From Tubulanus polymorphus (taxonomy: Eukaryota > Animalia > Nemertea): DNA of 64,000 nt. The stretch covers positions 11,854,962-11,918,961 of the forward strand of contig NC_134034.1 of the NCBI RefSeq assembly GCF_964204645.1. The letters run 5' to 3'. Shown here in pieces: positions 34,152 to 47,796 of this stretch. Positions within the stretch are counted from its first letter, which is position 1. Each line of letters begins with the position of its first letter. The translations under genes were made by a program, and so were the position numbers. The notes beneath the pieces are model-generated. The model was given only the letters and a program-made list of their open reading frames with translations, did no database searches and was not told the DNA's origin.

Positions 34152-37100
34152 CTACAAAATAAAATATCATTCTAACATTTAGATTCACAATTCACTAAAT
34201 TCCTTCCGAGGTACTACAGGGCAAATTCCGGGGCAGTCATAGCAGGGATGGGGCGAATTCCCGGGCAATCACAACAGGGATGAGGCGAATTCCCGGGCAG
34301 TCGCAGCAGGGATGGGGCAAATTCCCGGGCAGTCGCAGCAGGGATGGGGCGAGTTCCCGAGCAGTCGCAGCAGTGATGGGGCAAATTCCCGGGCAGTCGC
34401 AGCAGGGATGAGGTGAATACCCGGGCAGTCACAGCAGGGTTAGGGCAAATTCCTGGGCAGTCACAGCAGGGATGGGGCAAATTCCCGGGCAGTCAGAGCA
34501 GGGATGGGGCAAATTCCCGGGCAGTCGCAGCAGGGATGGGGGGAATTCCCGGGCAGTTGCAGCAGGGATGGGGCATTACTAATACGAACTGGAATGAGAA
34601 AATTTATAATATACATAATATTGTCGGGCGGGGCAAGCTACAACTAATTCCAACTCGTAACAACTGGATTCTGAGTGAAATTAAATCCACAAACAACCGT
34701 GCCACTGGACCGAGAATCAAATCAAATCCACACAACTGTGGAACTGAGTCCACAATCAAGTCAAACGCAATCAATAACTGCGGAACTGGGACCTGATATT
34801 TTTCCACCATTCATTTAGCTTCTTTTTCTCAATAAAATATCAGTCATTGCTATCGTCGAACGCTTTAGTATACCGTGGCACTGGGTAATTATACGTCAAT
34901 TTCTGAAATATACCTCACCCTTGCTTCGATCTTGTTGGAATGATAAATTCTTTTCGCGAGGCAGAAATTCATTATCACTGTTCTCCACAACACATTTTGG
35001 GCCACCGCTTTTGTTTTTACATCCACCCCTCTGAAAATCATCAGCCACCCCTTATAGAATATCCGCTGCCCCGACCAGAGTGGATGCCAATATTCTATCA
35101 ATGCTGATGATTGTTAAGAAATATATCAAGCTAAATGTAGAAAATAGAATATTACACCGAAAATTAAGCTTAATCTTTGTTTTTTTGGGTGGATTGGAAG
35201 CCTTGTTATTTCGGTAGTCACAATCTCACAATGCGGCCCCTTTAGAATTCCAGCGTACAGAACCGACTATAAACCACGATACAATCACGCGATACTTGCT
35301 CTCAATAAAGATCCGTAGATTTTACGGCCGCTATAGAATCCCGATTTAAGTGGATTAAAATTCGAGCAAATCCCATTAACTGAACAAATACGCTATGCGC
35401 GCGCAAAGAGCAATTATTATATATCCGTATAATGTTTAAATTAGCGTTGATGAAGGCCGCACCGAGACGCGATGTATTGGCATTGTGACGATATAGTTTA
35501 ATCGGATTTCATTCGGTCGCCGGCCACCGCCGCCGTGTTCTACGCCGATAAACGTTTCACGTGTTTCCGAGAAAAGATTTCGTACTGCCGTTTATGCGGC
35601 TAATTAACAATGGCGTCAGTTTTTACGTTAAGCGTGGACACGCGGGACGAAGACAGCTTCGACGACAAGAACTTGCCCGGAGCGGACGATAACTTAAACG
35701 CTACTCATGGGGTCCCGGCACTGACCAGAGAGCGCTAAAACCTCGAGAAAATTAATTCTTTTCAAATCAGCTTTAACAGAAATCTAAACCATAACAAATC
35801 TAACAAGCCTAAAAATCGAAATCCAGTCCAGATTTCATTGAAAAATGAACTAATTTGTGACATCTGATATGTGCCGGGACCTCATTAGAAGCTTGGTTCA
35901 GTTTTGAACGCTCAATTTCTGGGGCCGGTTGCATAGTTACGGCTTAGACTTAAGACCAGTCTAAGACCAACTTAGTTCTATAGCCAATCTAAAAACTTAA
36001 GACCAGTCTTAAGACCACTTTTAGACTTAAGTCATGACTGTGCAACTGGGCCCTGAGTTTTACGTGACTATGTATCTGGTTGAACTACGTCCCGATTATC
36101 ATATAAGTCAAGTTGTTCATATTTTGTCTACGGAAATATAAATATTTGCGCCCCGGTGCAAAAAACGGTGCAGTGAAAGGTTATTTCTATGATTAGATCG
36201 GGGAGTTGTTATCCCATATCTCTGATTAGACACACTGATAACATCCCCGAGCGTTCCATCAATCTCAAAAATAGTCATTTAGCTGTTTGTTCAATTGCTG
36301 AATACCAGGTATTGTCGATTCCACTCTAAGAATACCTGATAATGTTGTGTCGATAATTACGATGATTATCCTCTTTGACGCATTTTCAGATATCTAAAAA
36401 TGGATGCAGGAACTGTGAGAGGCTTTATTTCTGGACTGACAAGGAAGTGATGTGAATGATTTATTAACCAACTTAGCAGTTATGACTGAAGAGTGAAAAA
36501 TCTCAAATATCAGTTGAGTTGTATCTCAAATTGCTGGCTTGGTTATAGAACCAAAATCAGCTTAGACTGGTCTTAAGTTGTTAGATTGGTTATAGAACCA
36601 CAATGAGCTTAGACTGGTCTTAAGTTGTTAGATTGGTTATAGAACCAAAATTTCTCAGAAATAGTTAGATTGGCTGTAGAACCATATCTTTTGTTCTAGT
36701 GGTGTTCTGGTAACACGGTGTTTCTTGTTTTTCGAGATGTTTCCCACTATGTTGAGAGTATAGTTTTCAGTACGAGACACATAAATATTGTCAATTTGTA
36801 AACAGCGAAAAACGCGTAAATTTCAAATGTAAATTTTCGATCTCGTAATCAAAACAGGCGTCATATTCGCAATGAAGTGTACTGTAAATATAAAGGAACA
36901 GTCGACTGGGTTTGATGTATTCACATTTAGACCGAGTAACAGCACAGGAGTGCATTGATTTACTCAACTGTGGAACTGAGGATAGGGAATGTTATTCATG
37001 TTGATAAAAACCCACACAACTGGGCAACTGGATTCAGAGTCAAATTACACCCACACAACTGTGAAACTGGATTCAGAGTCAAATTACACCCACACAACTG

Positions 37101-40100
37101 TGAAACTGGATTCAGAGTCAAATTACACCCACACAACTGTGAAACTGGGTTTAGAAACCATATCTAATCCATACAACTGTGTATTTGGATCCAGAGTTAA
37201 ATTGAACCCTCAAAACTGTCGAACTGGATCCAGAGTCGAATTATACCCACACAACTGTGGAACTGGATCCAGAGTCAAATTATACCCACACAACTGTGGA
37301 ACTGGATCCAGAGTCAAATTATACCCACACAACTGTCGAACTGGATCCAGAGTCGAATTATACCCACACAACTGTCGTACTGGATCCAGAGTCAAATTAA
37401 ACCCGCGCAATTGTGTGGAACTGGATCCTGAGTCGAATTAAACCCACACAACTGTGGAACTGGATCCAGAGACAAATTCAACCCATGCACACAACTATGG
37501 ATTATTTGACCAAACATTTGAGTCAAATGAAGTATTTCCAAGTTAAACTAACTCATAACTAGTGGAATTGATGACGTCACTTTCAAGGAAATTCTACACA
37601 CATAAAAATGCAGTTGAAACACAACTAATGGTGAAACATTGATGAATAGCAGACTCTTTACAACGTTCGGTTCTTGAAGCTTTCACAAAATCCGAATTTT
37701 ACGAAAAACGTGGAAAAAATATTTATTATAAAGCTTTAATCTAGAGAGTCGAGGATGAGTTGAGGAGTATTTTAAGAGGAATAACTGAGTATTACAGGAT
37801 ACAGATCACCAGGTGTTGAAAGTATAAATCATTCGTGTTTTAGTGGTTGGTAGGCCTATACGTGTATAGTGCTGGTATATGGAAACTAGAGTGCAAGAAA
37901 ATGTGGGAGAAAACCACAGAATGAGAAAGTACAGCGCCAGAGGAGATGAGAGAGGTCAGCTGAGGCTAAACATTGAAAACAATCAAGTTTTATTTGATCC
38001 TCAGTTTGGCCCTTTTAATTCGAACCTCAGCATCAGTTCTTTACTTTTGTGAGCTATATAGAGTTGATGGCCCACACACAACTGTGGAACTGGATCCAGA
38101 ATCAAATCAAATCCACACAACTGTGGAACATGAAACAAAATGCTACGAGCAGACGTACCAGTCTAGTCTGAAATGCCGGTCTCAAGTCTAGTCTGAAATA
38201 CCGGTCTCAAGTCTAGTCTGAAATACCGGTCTCAAGTCTAGTCTGAAATACCGGTCTCAAGTGAGACAAGTCGAGCCATTAGCGATTTGAATATTTCATG
38301 ATTAACTAATGACATTTAACGCGGGCAAAGGCGACGTAATTGAAAGAGGTAAAACTCTGGAGACGTTTCTACGGAGAAATACCATTACTAGAGCGTCGTT
38401 AAAACAGAGGTTAACGACCCTGACCACGAGATAATGACCAGTCGTATTTCAGCGATATCTTCGACGGCTCCCGGGGAAATCTTTATCACACCGGACAGAA
38501 ACCGATCGAGCGACCGCTAGCGTGGCATGACAGGAAACTGGCACTAAATCACGAACTGCGGCTACGAGGAACAATTAACGAGCGAAAAACGAAGACGATC
38601 CCCCTCCACCCTCCCCCCCCCCCTGCTGCGAGTTTTATACACAGGAATATACACTGCGCTGAATACCAATCCATCCAATCTTTCTTAATCGCGAGATAAA
38701 TCATTCCCTGTACAGTTAAAGAAGTAAAAGGTGATGAATTCAAAACACTTTCATCAAAGTGAAGCCTCAAGCATGAGCTCAGTTGTAACTTTGACTTTTC
38801 AACCACGGCAGTCGTAAACAACAATAGCCACGACGATCACATGATGATTCTAGGGGTCGTCAAATGAATTCTATATTTAGATTTTAGAACGGACAGGACA
38901 GCGGGTCAAAATCAGCAGGTCTCACATTCTGGTCGGCTAGGAGCGAGATATCTCTGACGCGCTGATAGACACGAAAGACATCAGTGGCGAAAAAAGTCCG
39001 AAAGAGACAATATGAAACACTTAAGGAGTTTCACAAGGGGGGATGTTTGGCCCCGCAGCACGAGTTAGGAATCATGATGACAGATAGCAATAAACACCAG
39101 CAGGGAAGAGCGTGACTTTAATAAGACACCGGACAATAACATCCTACAGAGTGTTGACTGTTTAATTAACTCTCGGCAGACAAACTGATTACTTTGTTTT
39201 CTCTATTTGTCTCATCTTACCAGAGAGTGTAATGAGTCATGACATCTGTCTGACTGGACAGCAATCTCCGCTGTCTTATCGGACAGTAATCACTGCTGTC
39301 TTACAGCTAACGGACAATCAACGTTATTGTCTTTTTACCGAATTCGCAGCAATGAGCAACGATCTATCTCTATTAGGGGGGGGGGGGTCTATAGGGGGTG
39401 GTTCCTGGGGATGCAGATCCCTGCCTTACCGACGAGGTTGTTGCCCTTTTTGTCAAGATGCCGATCCTTAAAACCTGTAACTTTGACTCTCAACCTCTCG
39501 GTAATCGTAGCCTTTCGGATGAACTTCTTCAGAAATATCTACCGGCGAAGTTGGGGCGACAAGCGTGGCCTTCGGTGTGGCAGTTTTATCCGAGAAATTC
39601 CTTTCTTTTTCATTAGATTCGAGCACATTCCAATTTTTGTAGATGCCCCAGTTGAAATGTACTTTCGCGCGGGAAAAAAAATTTTCTTCGGATATTCGCG
39701 ATTTTTTTCTCGTAAAAAGATTCATCAACAACGATAAACTGTTTAGTGAAAATATCAGCGCAGACGTGTTCTCACTGTTAGAACAATAGTTCAGAGCAAT
39801 AAGTGGCAGATGTAGGAATGGGGTAGGGGGCCCGTCGGGGGTCGGGGGAATAGGGGGTGGAGCTACTGACTGAAACATGTAGAATATGTAAAATACTTCA
39901 TCTAGAGTCGAAAGAGAATTCAAAATTGTGGAATCGAATTAATCGCACACAACTATGAGAGTGGATCCAGTCAAATTGAACTCTTATAACGGTGGAACTG
40001 GGTTCAGAGTCAAATCAATCCCACACAACTGTGGAAATGTCGAACTGGATCCAGAGTCAAATCAAACCCACACAACTGTGGAACTTGATCCAGAGTCAAA

Positions 40101-43100
40101 TCAATCCCACACAACTGTGGAACTCGCTTCAGAGTCAAAGCAATCCCACACAACTGTGGAACTGGGTTCAGAGTCAAATTAAACCCACACAAGGGTGGAA
40201 CTTGATCCAGAGTCAAATCAATCCCACACAACTGTGGAAATGTGGAACTGGATCCAGAGTCAAATCAAACCCACACAACTGTGGAACTTGATCCAGAGTC
40301 AAATCAATCCCACACAACTGTGGAACTGGGTTCAGAGTCAAAGCAATCCCACACAACTGTGGAACTGGGTTCAGAGTCAAATTAAACCCACACAAGGGTG
40401 GAACTTGATCCAGAGTCAAATCAATCCCACACAACTGTGGAACTGACTCAGCTGCATATTTGTTTATTAAGCCTCAAGTAGGGTAGAGTGAGGAAGTCGT
40501 TTGTGTTAAATCCCTAAGAGATAAACGGCACATCAGAGATAATAGAATTTACGAGTTTTCTTTCGACAGTCTATGAGCGTTTCTCCAAGTCAATCGGGAC
40601 CCGATTGTAATAGTATCGAATTTCCGTTGCTATCGGCGATGATTTAGTGTACAACAGTGAATTCACTGGTAATGCGTTAACATCGATTGATTTACGCAAT
40701 GAAAGATCAAACCATGAATGAAGTTTAAATCATTAATGAGAATAACATCGACTAAACAATCGCGGCCTTTAATAACCCGACAATAACAACCCAACCGGTG
40801 TATACGTTCCCAGACAATCATAACCATGGTTCCATACATACGTTCCCAGACAATCATAACCATGGCTTCATACATACATGCCCACGACTATGGTTCATAT
40901 AACCATGGTTCCATACATACATGCCCACGACTACGGTTCATATAACCATGGCTCAATACATACATGCCCACGACTACGGTTCATATAACCATGGTTCCAT
41001 ACATACATGCCCACGACTACCGTTCATATAACCATGGTTCCATACATACATGCCCACGACTACGGTTCATATAACCATGGCTCAATACATACATGCCCAC
41101 GACTACGGTTCATATAACCATGGCTCCATACATACATGCCCACGACTATGGTTCATATAACCATGGCTCCATACATACATGCCCACGACTACGGTTCATA
41201 TAACCATGGCTCAATACATACATGCCCACAACTATGGTTCATATAACCATGGTTCCATACATACATGCCCACGACTATGGTTCATATAACCATGGTTCCA
41301 TACATACATGCCCACGACTACGGTTCATATAACCATGGTTCCATACATACATGCCCACGACTACCGTTCATATAACCATGGTTCCATACATACATGCCCA
41401 CGACTACCGTTCATATAACCATGGCTCCATACATACATGCCCACGACTACCGTTCATATAACCATGGTTCCATACATACATGCCCACGACTACGGTTCAT
41501 ATAACCATGGTTCCATACATACATGCCCACGACTACCGTTCATATAACCATGGCTCCATACATACATGCACACGACTACCGTTCATATAACCATGGCTCC
41601 ATACATACATGCCCACGACTACCGTTCATATAACCATGGTTCCATACATACATGCCCACGACTACGGTTCATATAACCATGGTTCCATATATACATGCCC
41701 AAAATCATTCTTCTATTAATGAAGCAACTTATGATAAAAGAAAGATTAAACTCATAACTGCGCAACAGGATCCGGCGTAGATTATGGAGATGGGTAAAAA
41801 AAATACGATAAGAACAGCAATGGAGAACACTGAAATTGATCACAGATAAAAAGACAAGCAGTTGATTTGTATATCAGAGAGTACGGGGGTCAATAACTAT
41901 AGGAACAATCACAACAATAGAAAGGAAGCAATCGAAATGAATCGATCAATTTTCTAATAAAAATGTAACGTTTTTGTGCAATGAATAAACCAGCCGCGGT
42001 CTCTGGTAGAGAAACCAGCCGCGGTCTCTGGTAGAGAAACCAGCCGCGGTCTCTCGTCGAGAAACCAGCCGCGGTCTGCCGTAGAGAAACCAGCCGCGGT
42101 CTCTCGTCGAGAAACCAGCCGCGGTCCCTCGTAGAGAAACCACGCGATTAATCGACAAAATTAAAAAAACGTTAATTTTTCGATACTCATCGTCGTCGAC
42201 GACGAGGAGGAGCAATCTACGTGATTTGCGATCAATTGATCGCGGAACCTGCTGGAGGAAAATGTGGTGAAATTCTCTCCGGAAATCTATACAAATTGTT
42301 ATCGATAGTTTTTATTAAGTGACGCAAAGTATTGATCAATAACCTGTGTGAACAGTTTCAAATATATCACATATGATGAACCCTGCTAGCAGTTATAATT
42401 AGTGTGGGATCCAGTTCCACAGTTGTGTGGGTTTAATTTGTCTCTGAACCCGGTTCCACAATTGTGTAGGTTTGCTTTGTCTCTGGATCCAGTTCCACAG
42501 TTGTGTGGGTTTAATTTGTCTTTGAATCCAGTTCCACAGTTGTGTGGGTTTAATTTGTCTCTGAATCCAGTTCCACAGTTGTGTGGGTTTGATTTGTCTC
42601 TGAATCCAGTTCTACAGTTGTGTTGGTTTAGTTTTACTCCGAACCCAGTTCCACAGATGTATGTTACAGTGACTAGAGACTCAATTGCCTGTGTTCGGAG
42701 GTGCCACCTGTTTTACAATAAGTTGTTTGGGGCAAAAAATGAAAATTATTGTATAACAGCTATTTACGGAATCACGTTGTTTTTCTAACGCTCGTACGCC
42801 ACACAGCTACAGGTGATGTAATAATTATATTAGTACGAGTAGACTGAACATATTTCTGGAGAGGAATGCACAAAAAGTCTTGAAAATCTGATATTTTAGG
42901 TTTGCGGAATACCCTATGATTATTACAGACATTTCAACCATCTGATGCAAACTCATATTCTAGTAAATTTAACCTTTTCTAAAGAAGTTTTTTTTTTCAA
43001 AATTCGGTCATCTTTAAACAATTGCGTACAAAAGCTCTTTATCATTGGATTTCGGAATGAAGAGTTTAGCTATGTAGGTACATGACCTTACGGATATCTC

Positions 43101-46100
43101 GTGCCCTCAGGACAGTAACCGATGACTACTGCCAGTACTGAGTACCGATAACTGCTGCAGGTTCTAAGAGAGACTGATAAGAATAATTCAACAGTCTTCA
43201 CTTCAGCGTGCAGGAAACTTGAATAGAGGTATGAGAAATTCTGTTAGAATATCATTCATCTACGGAGACCAGTTGAAAGAGTTCATTAGGAGAGAGGGAG
43301 GGAGGGAGATGGAGAGGAGGGAGAAAGCCCCTGAATGGAGATTTAATCAATTCAGAAATTCAGCAATTCATTTACAGTGCGGCAACTTTGGAAGACTTTC
43401 GTAAAGACGGGGTAAGGTTTCGCCGGGATTAGGAAACCAAGGACTCCAGACTTCAATCAACTCTTCGGATACCGACCTCCCAGACATTTCGCCTTAGTAC
43501 ATATCGCCTAATCGAACTACGGACAGATATCGTAACCATAAAACATCTCAATTAACATCAAAATTATAACTTAGGAAAAATAAAACCATTCACGTGGAAA
43601 ATGTAGAGTTATGCAGGACAGGTGCGAGCTAACTATACTAAATCCTAAACAATGCTTAGTAATATTTCTCAGTGAAAAGTTTTAGAATATTTGTTGTTTG
43701 TAAACATTCGATGGAACGTTGTTGAACACAATGATTCGTTCATAAAATAACAGACATGCCAGGTATGCGAAAATAGAACATCTCCCCCGACCGACCCCCC
43801 AACCCCCTCCGCGGGGAACGGATAAAAATGCTAAATATCGCTACTAGACAGAGAACATGTGTGCAACAAACTTAGGTATTGTTCTTAGTGGTGATTTATA
43901 CGGCTAATTTTAGTTCCAGTAGCACAGTTATGATAAATGCGTTTCAAAGGAATTGAAAATGAACTATTTGATTCACGCAAACTGTGGGACTGGGTCCAGA
44001 TTCAAATTAAACCCATACATCTGTGGAACTGGGCCCAGAGACAAATAAAACCCACACAACTGTGGAACTGGATACAGAGTCAAATTAAACCCCGACAACT
44101 GTGGAACTGGGTCCATATTCAAATTAAATCCATACAACTGTGGAACTGGGTCCAGATTCAAATTAAACTCACACAACTTTGGAACTGGGTCCAGAGTGAA
44201 ATTAAACCCACATAACTGTAGAACTGATTCCAGAGTCAAATTAAACCCACAGAACTGTGGAACTTTGTCCTTGGCAATGGAGAAAAAACCGGGCTAGTCC
44301 GTGATGGAAATGAAAAATCAAATGTCACGCAACCGTATAATGAACAGAACTGTGTTTTATTCTTGTTATTTTGCGTGGATAAATGGAGTTAATTACGTGA
44401 GATATCGCGTTCAATATCGAGCCGCAGAATGAATGTAAGCAGTAATCATACGTACCAGATACATTCATAGTGTTATAGCGTATATACCTTCATGTTTGTA
44501 AAAAATAACTTATATATTTATTTTAAAAAAAAACCCCGTAAATCCGAGTCCATTCAAAAGTAAAATGTGATGCACTTCCTGGAAATGTCAAGTTCATCGA
44601 TGAAACCTCAAAAGCCGATCAGAAAATTCTACGAAGCGGGCATCGTTTTTCAAATGTTTTTTGTTTTTTAAGTCGCTGATGTTGTAAGATAAGATAAGAT
44701 GTAATTCTATTTCGCCGGACTAAAATTATCAAATAAAGAGAAGAGGTGATGCATAATGAAATTATCCAATAGCAGTTTAGGGTGAATTCGCGGAGACGGC
44801 CATCTTTTCTCTGCGGAACGGCGTTTATCCGTCTGCCAGGCCTCGTATCCGCAACAAAAACTGATCAGCGACAAAAAACTCCTCTCTGCAGCTGAGAATC
44901 CGTACGCTCGTCGCAGATGCGGGCTTTCCTCGAATTCTTTTTTGCGAACGCGAAAATCTAGGATAATGCTGGGCGCGGAAGTCAAACGAATGCATCACAT
45001 ATATCGATGCAGTCCATAGCGCGAGTCCTAGTTCTAGTACTAGACCTTGACCTAATTCTAGTCCTACATATCTCTTGCATACGAGAGAAATCCCACAATA
45101 ACAAAGCCAAAATCAGTACGCCTGATGTTGGCTAACAGTTGTTAGCCGAAACGTCGCTCCTCAAAATACAATCATTCTGACATGGAATTTTTTCAATTTT
45201 GGCTTAGTTATTGTGGGATTTCTCTCGTCATCATCATACACGGATATTGTGTATCTTCTCGTCTAATCTCTTGCGTAGTGTGCTAGTACCGGCTCTAGTA
45301 ACTAGTCCTAGTCATTTCTTAAGTTTTCATTTTCACATAAACTATAGGATTTAGTTCTTAGCAGATAAAGAGTGTGGCACTTTTTCAATCTCGAGGTCTG
45401 GTCTATGGACTCAATGAAATAACGAACAGCAACCGAAGTTAGAGCCTCGACGTCCGATAGAAAATCATGCGCGTGAATTAACAAAGTTCAAAAAGCCTAA
45501 GGCCCTTTTCGATTGTGCGGTGAAGCTTCCAGAAGTAGAGGAATTATTTACTTCGGTTTCGATTGCAGTGTTTAAAAGTTTTTGTCAATTCTTTAGTCTC
45601 GTAACGATGGCAGCAATTACATTCAACAGAGAAGAATACTCCATCATCCAGAGGAGTGTATAATAGAAATGATGGCCTTAATCTTCACTGTGAAACCATC
45701 GTTCAGCTGGGCATGGATTTAGCTAGGTGTAGATTCAGCTAGACATGGGTTCAGCTAGGCCTTGGTTCAGTTAGACGTGGGTTCAGCTAGGCGTGGGTTC
45801 AGCTAGGCGTTGGTTCAGTGAGATGTGGGTTCAGCTAGGCGTGGGTTCAGCTAGACGTGGGTTCAGCTAAGCACGGGTTCAGCTAGGCGTTTGTTTAGCT
45901 AGAATATGCCAATACCCGCTCTCAGATTCAGCGAAAAATCATTTGTGGCAGACGCATTATTTGATACACTTTTCCCCCCTCTCTCTCTCTCTCCTTTCTC
46001 TCTTTCTCTCTCCGCACTTACACACAGCTATTAATGCAATATCAAATAACCCCTTGTTCTCAAATTGACTAGTCGCATTTCGTTTCTCGGCGCAAAAAGA

Positions 46101-47739
46101 CCGAGTTCTTTTTTTGGTTTTCGCTGACGAAAATGACAGTCGCACTTAGCGAAAAGTTTCTCCGATACGGCTGTTTATAATACGCGGCGAAAGGCGACTA
46201 ATTGTAAGTAATCGCGAGGTAAACGCCCTTTCGGCAACTGCTCTGCTCTAATTGCCGGTGAGGGAAATTATTCTTTGATTAGTCCAAAGAGAAAGCGTTG
46301 TTTCACCAAGTTTCGGGAATGTCAATAACAAGTCGGTGCAATCCTGTCTATATGCATTACGGGTTTGAGTTACGGAGCTGTGATGCCTGATGTTATTGTA
46401 ATGCGTTCTGAAACGGTCGATTCGCGATCATTAATCATTTTCTTATGATCGTTTTTGTAAGCGAAAAGTCTGATTACTCCAAGCTGATATCAAATCGTCA
46501 CATATTGAAGATTAAGATATATCAATTATAATAAGCATGGTTTTTACTTATGAATTTTTGAAAATGTTTATTGTGTTTGGGATTACTGATCAGACTACTA
46601 ATTAACGAACATACTTCTACTTTTAATTCAACTAGAGGATTATCACACATATTAATCAAGATTAAAATCTTTTTTTAAATCTAAATGTCGAAGAAAGTAT
46701 TATGAAAGAATTCATAAAGAGAAATTTAATTTGACTCTCGATCCAGTTCCGCAACACAGTTTTGCGGGTTTGATTTGTTTCTGGGCCCAGTTCCACAGTT
46801 GTGTGGGTTTAATTTGTCTCTGGGCCCAGTTCCACAGTTGTGTGGGTTTAATTTGTCTCTGGGCCCAGTTCCACAGTTGTGTGGGTTTAATTTGTCTCTG
46901 GGCCCAGTTCCACAGTTGTGTGTTTAATTTGTCTCTGGGCCCAGTTCCACAGTTGTGTGGGTTTAATTTGTCTCCGGACCCAGTTGCACAAATGTGTGGC
47001 TGCCGTTTTGTCCATCGTTAATAAACATTGCAAAAAAAATGCTAAGACATAAAGATCCTCGACTGGCAGAAATAAACACGGATCAGGAATGTTGCGAGAG
47101 TAAAGATTAACCGAAGGAATTCTCATTCCGGTCAGGTTTTATCGCTGATAGTATCTACTCCGCAATACGCATAAATCGCGGCAAATTAAACAAAACGCCT
47201 GAAAGGCGAAATAGCATCGGAGACTCTGGTTTGGGGGGAGGGAGGTGGGGAGAGTGTGTGAAATTTACATGAATTTCATCGCGTGTAAATTATACATTAA
47301 AGCCACCATTTCAACGAGTAAACAACGTTATAAATCATTAGTGAATTCACGTATATTTGTCGACTGATACCTGCATTCGAGAAACTGAGATAAACTATAG
47401 ACTCCGTTCAGCGTTCAGTGTTCTCCGTAACAGGTTTTTAGAGGGGTGGCCACCCCTTTCATTCATTTACACATCCGCCCCTCTGAAAATCGTTAGCCAC
47501 CCCTTATAGAATATCTGCTGCCCCGACCAGAGTGGATGTCAATATTCTATCAATGCTGATAGTTGCTTTGAAATATATTGAAGTAATCTGAAAAATAGAA
47601 GATTACACCGAAGCTTAATCTTTGTTTTTTTTGGGTGGATTGGAAGCCTTGTTATTTCAGCAGCCACGATATCATAATGCAGCCCCTTTAATATCCAAGC
47701 ACATGGAGGAAACACTAATCCGCTTATATTCTGGACACA

Positions 47740-47796
<57 letters not shown>

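Noticed and set aside
39327-39923. 136-aa and 151-aa ORFs on opposite strands
   Set aside because: No recognisable domain or consistent splice sites; mixed low-complexity and TE-like sequence within the GPCR intron.
36955-47126. Many ORFs with PVPQLCGF / HTTVEL / QLWNW motifs
   Set aside because: They are translations of the 39-bp MITE-derived minisatellite in several frames and on both strands.
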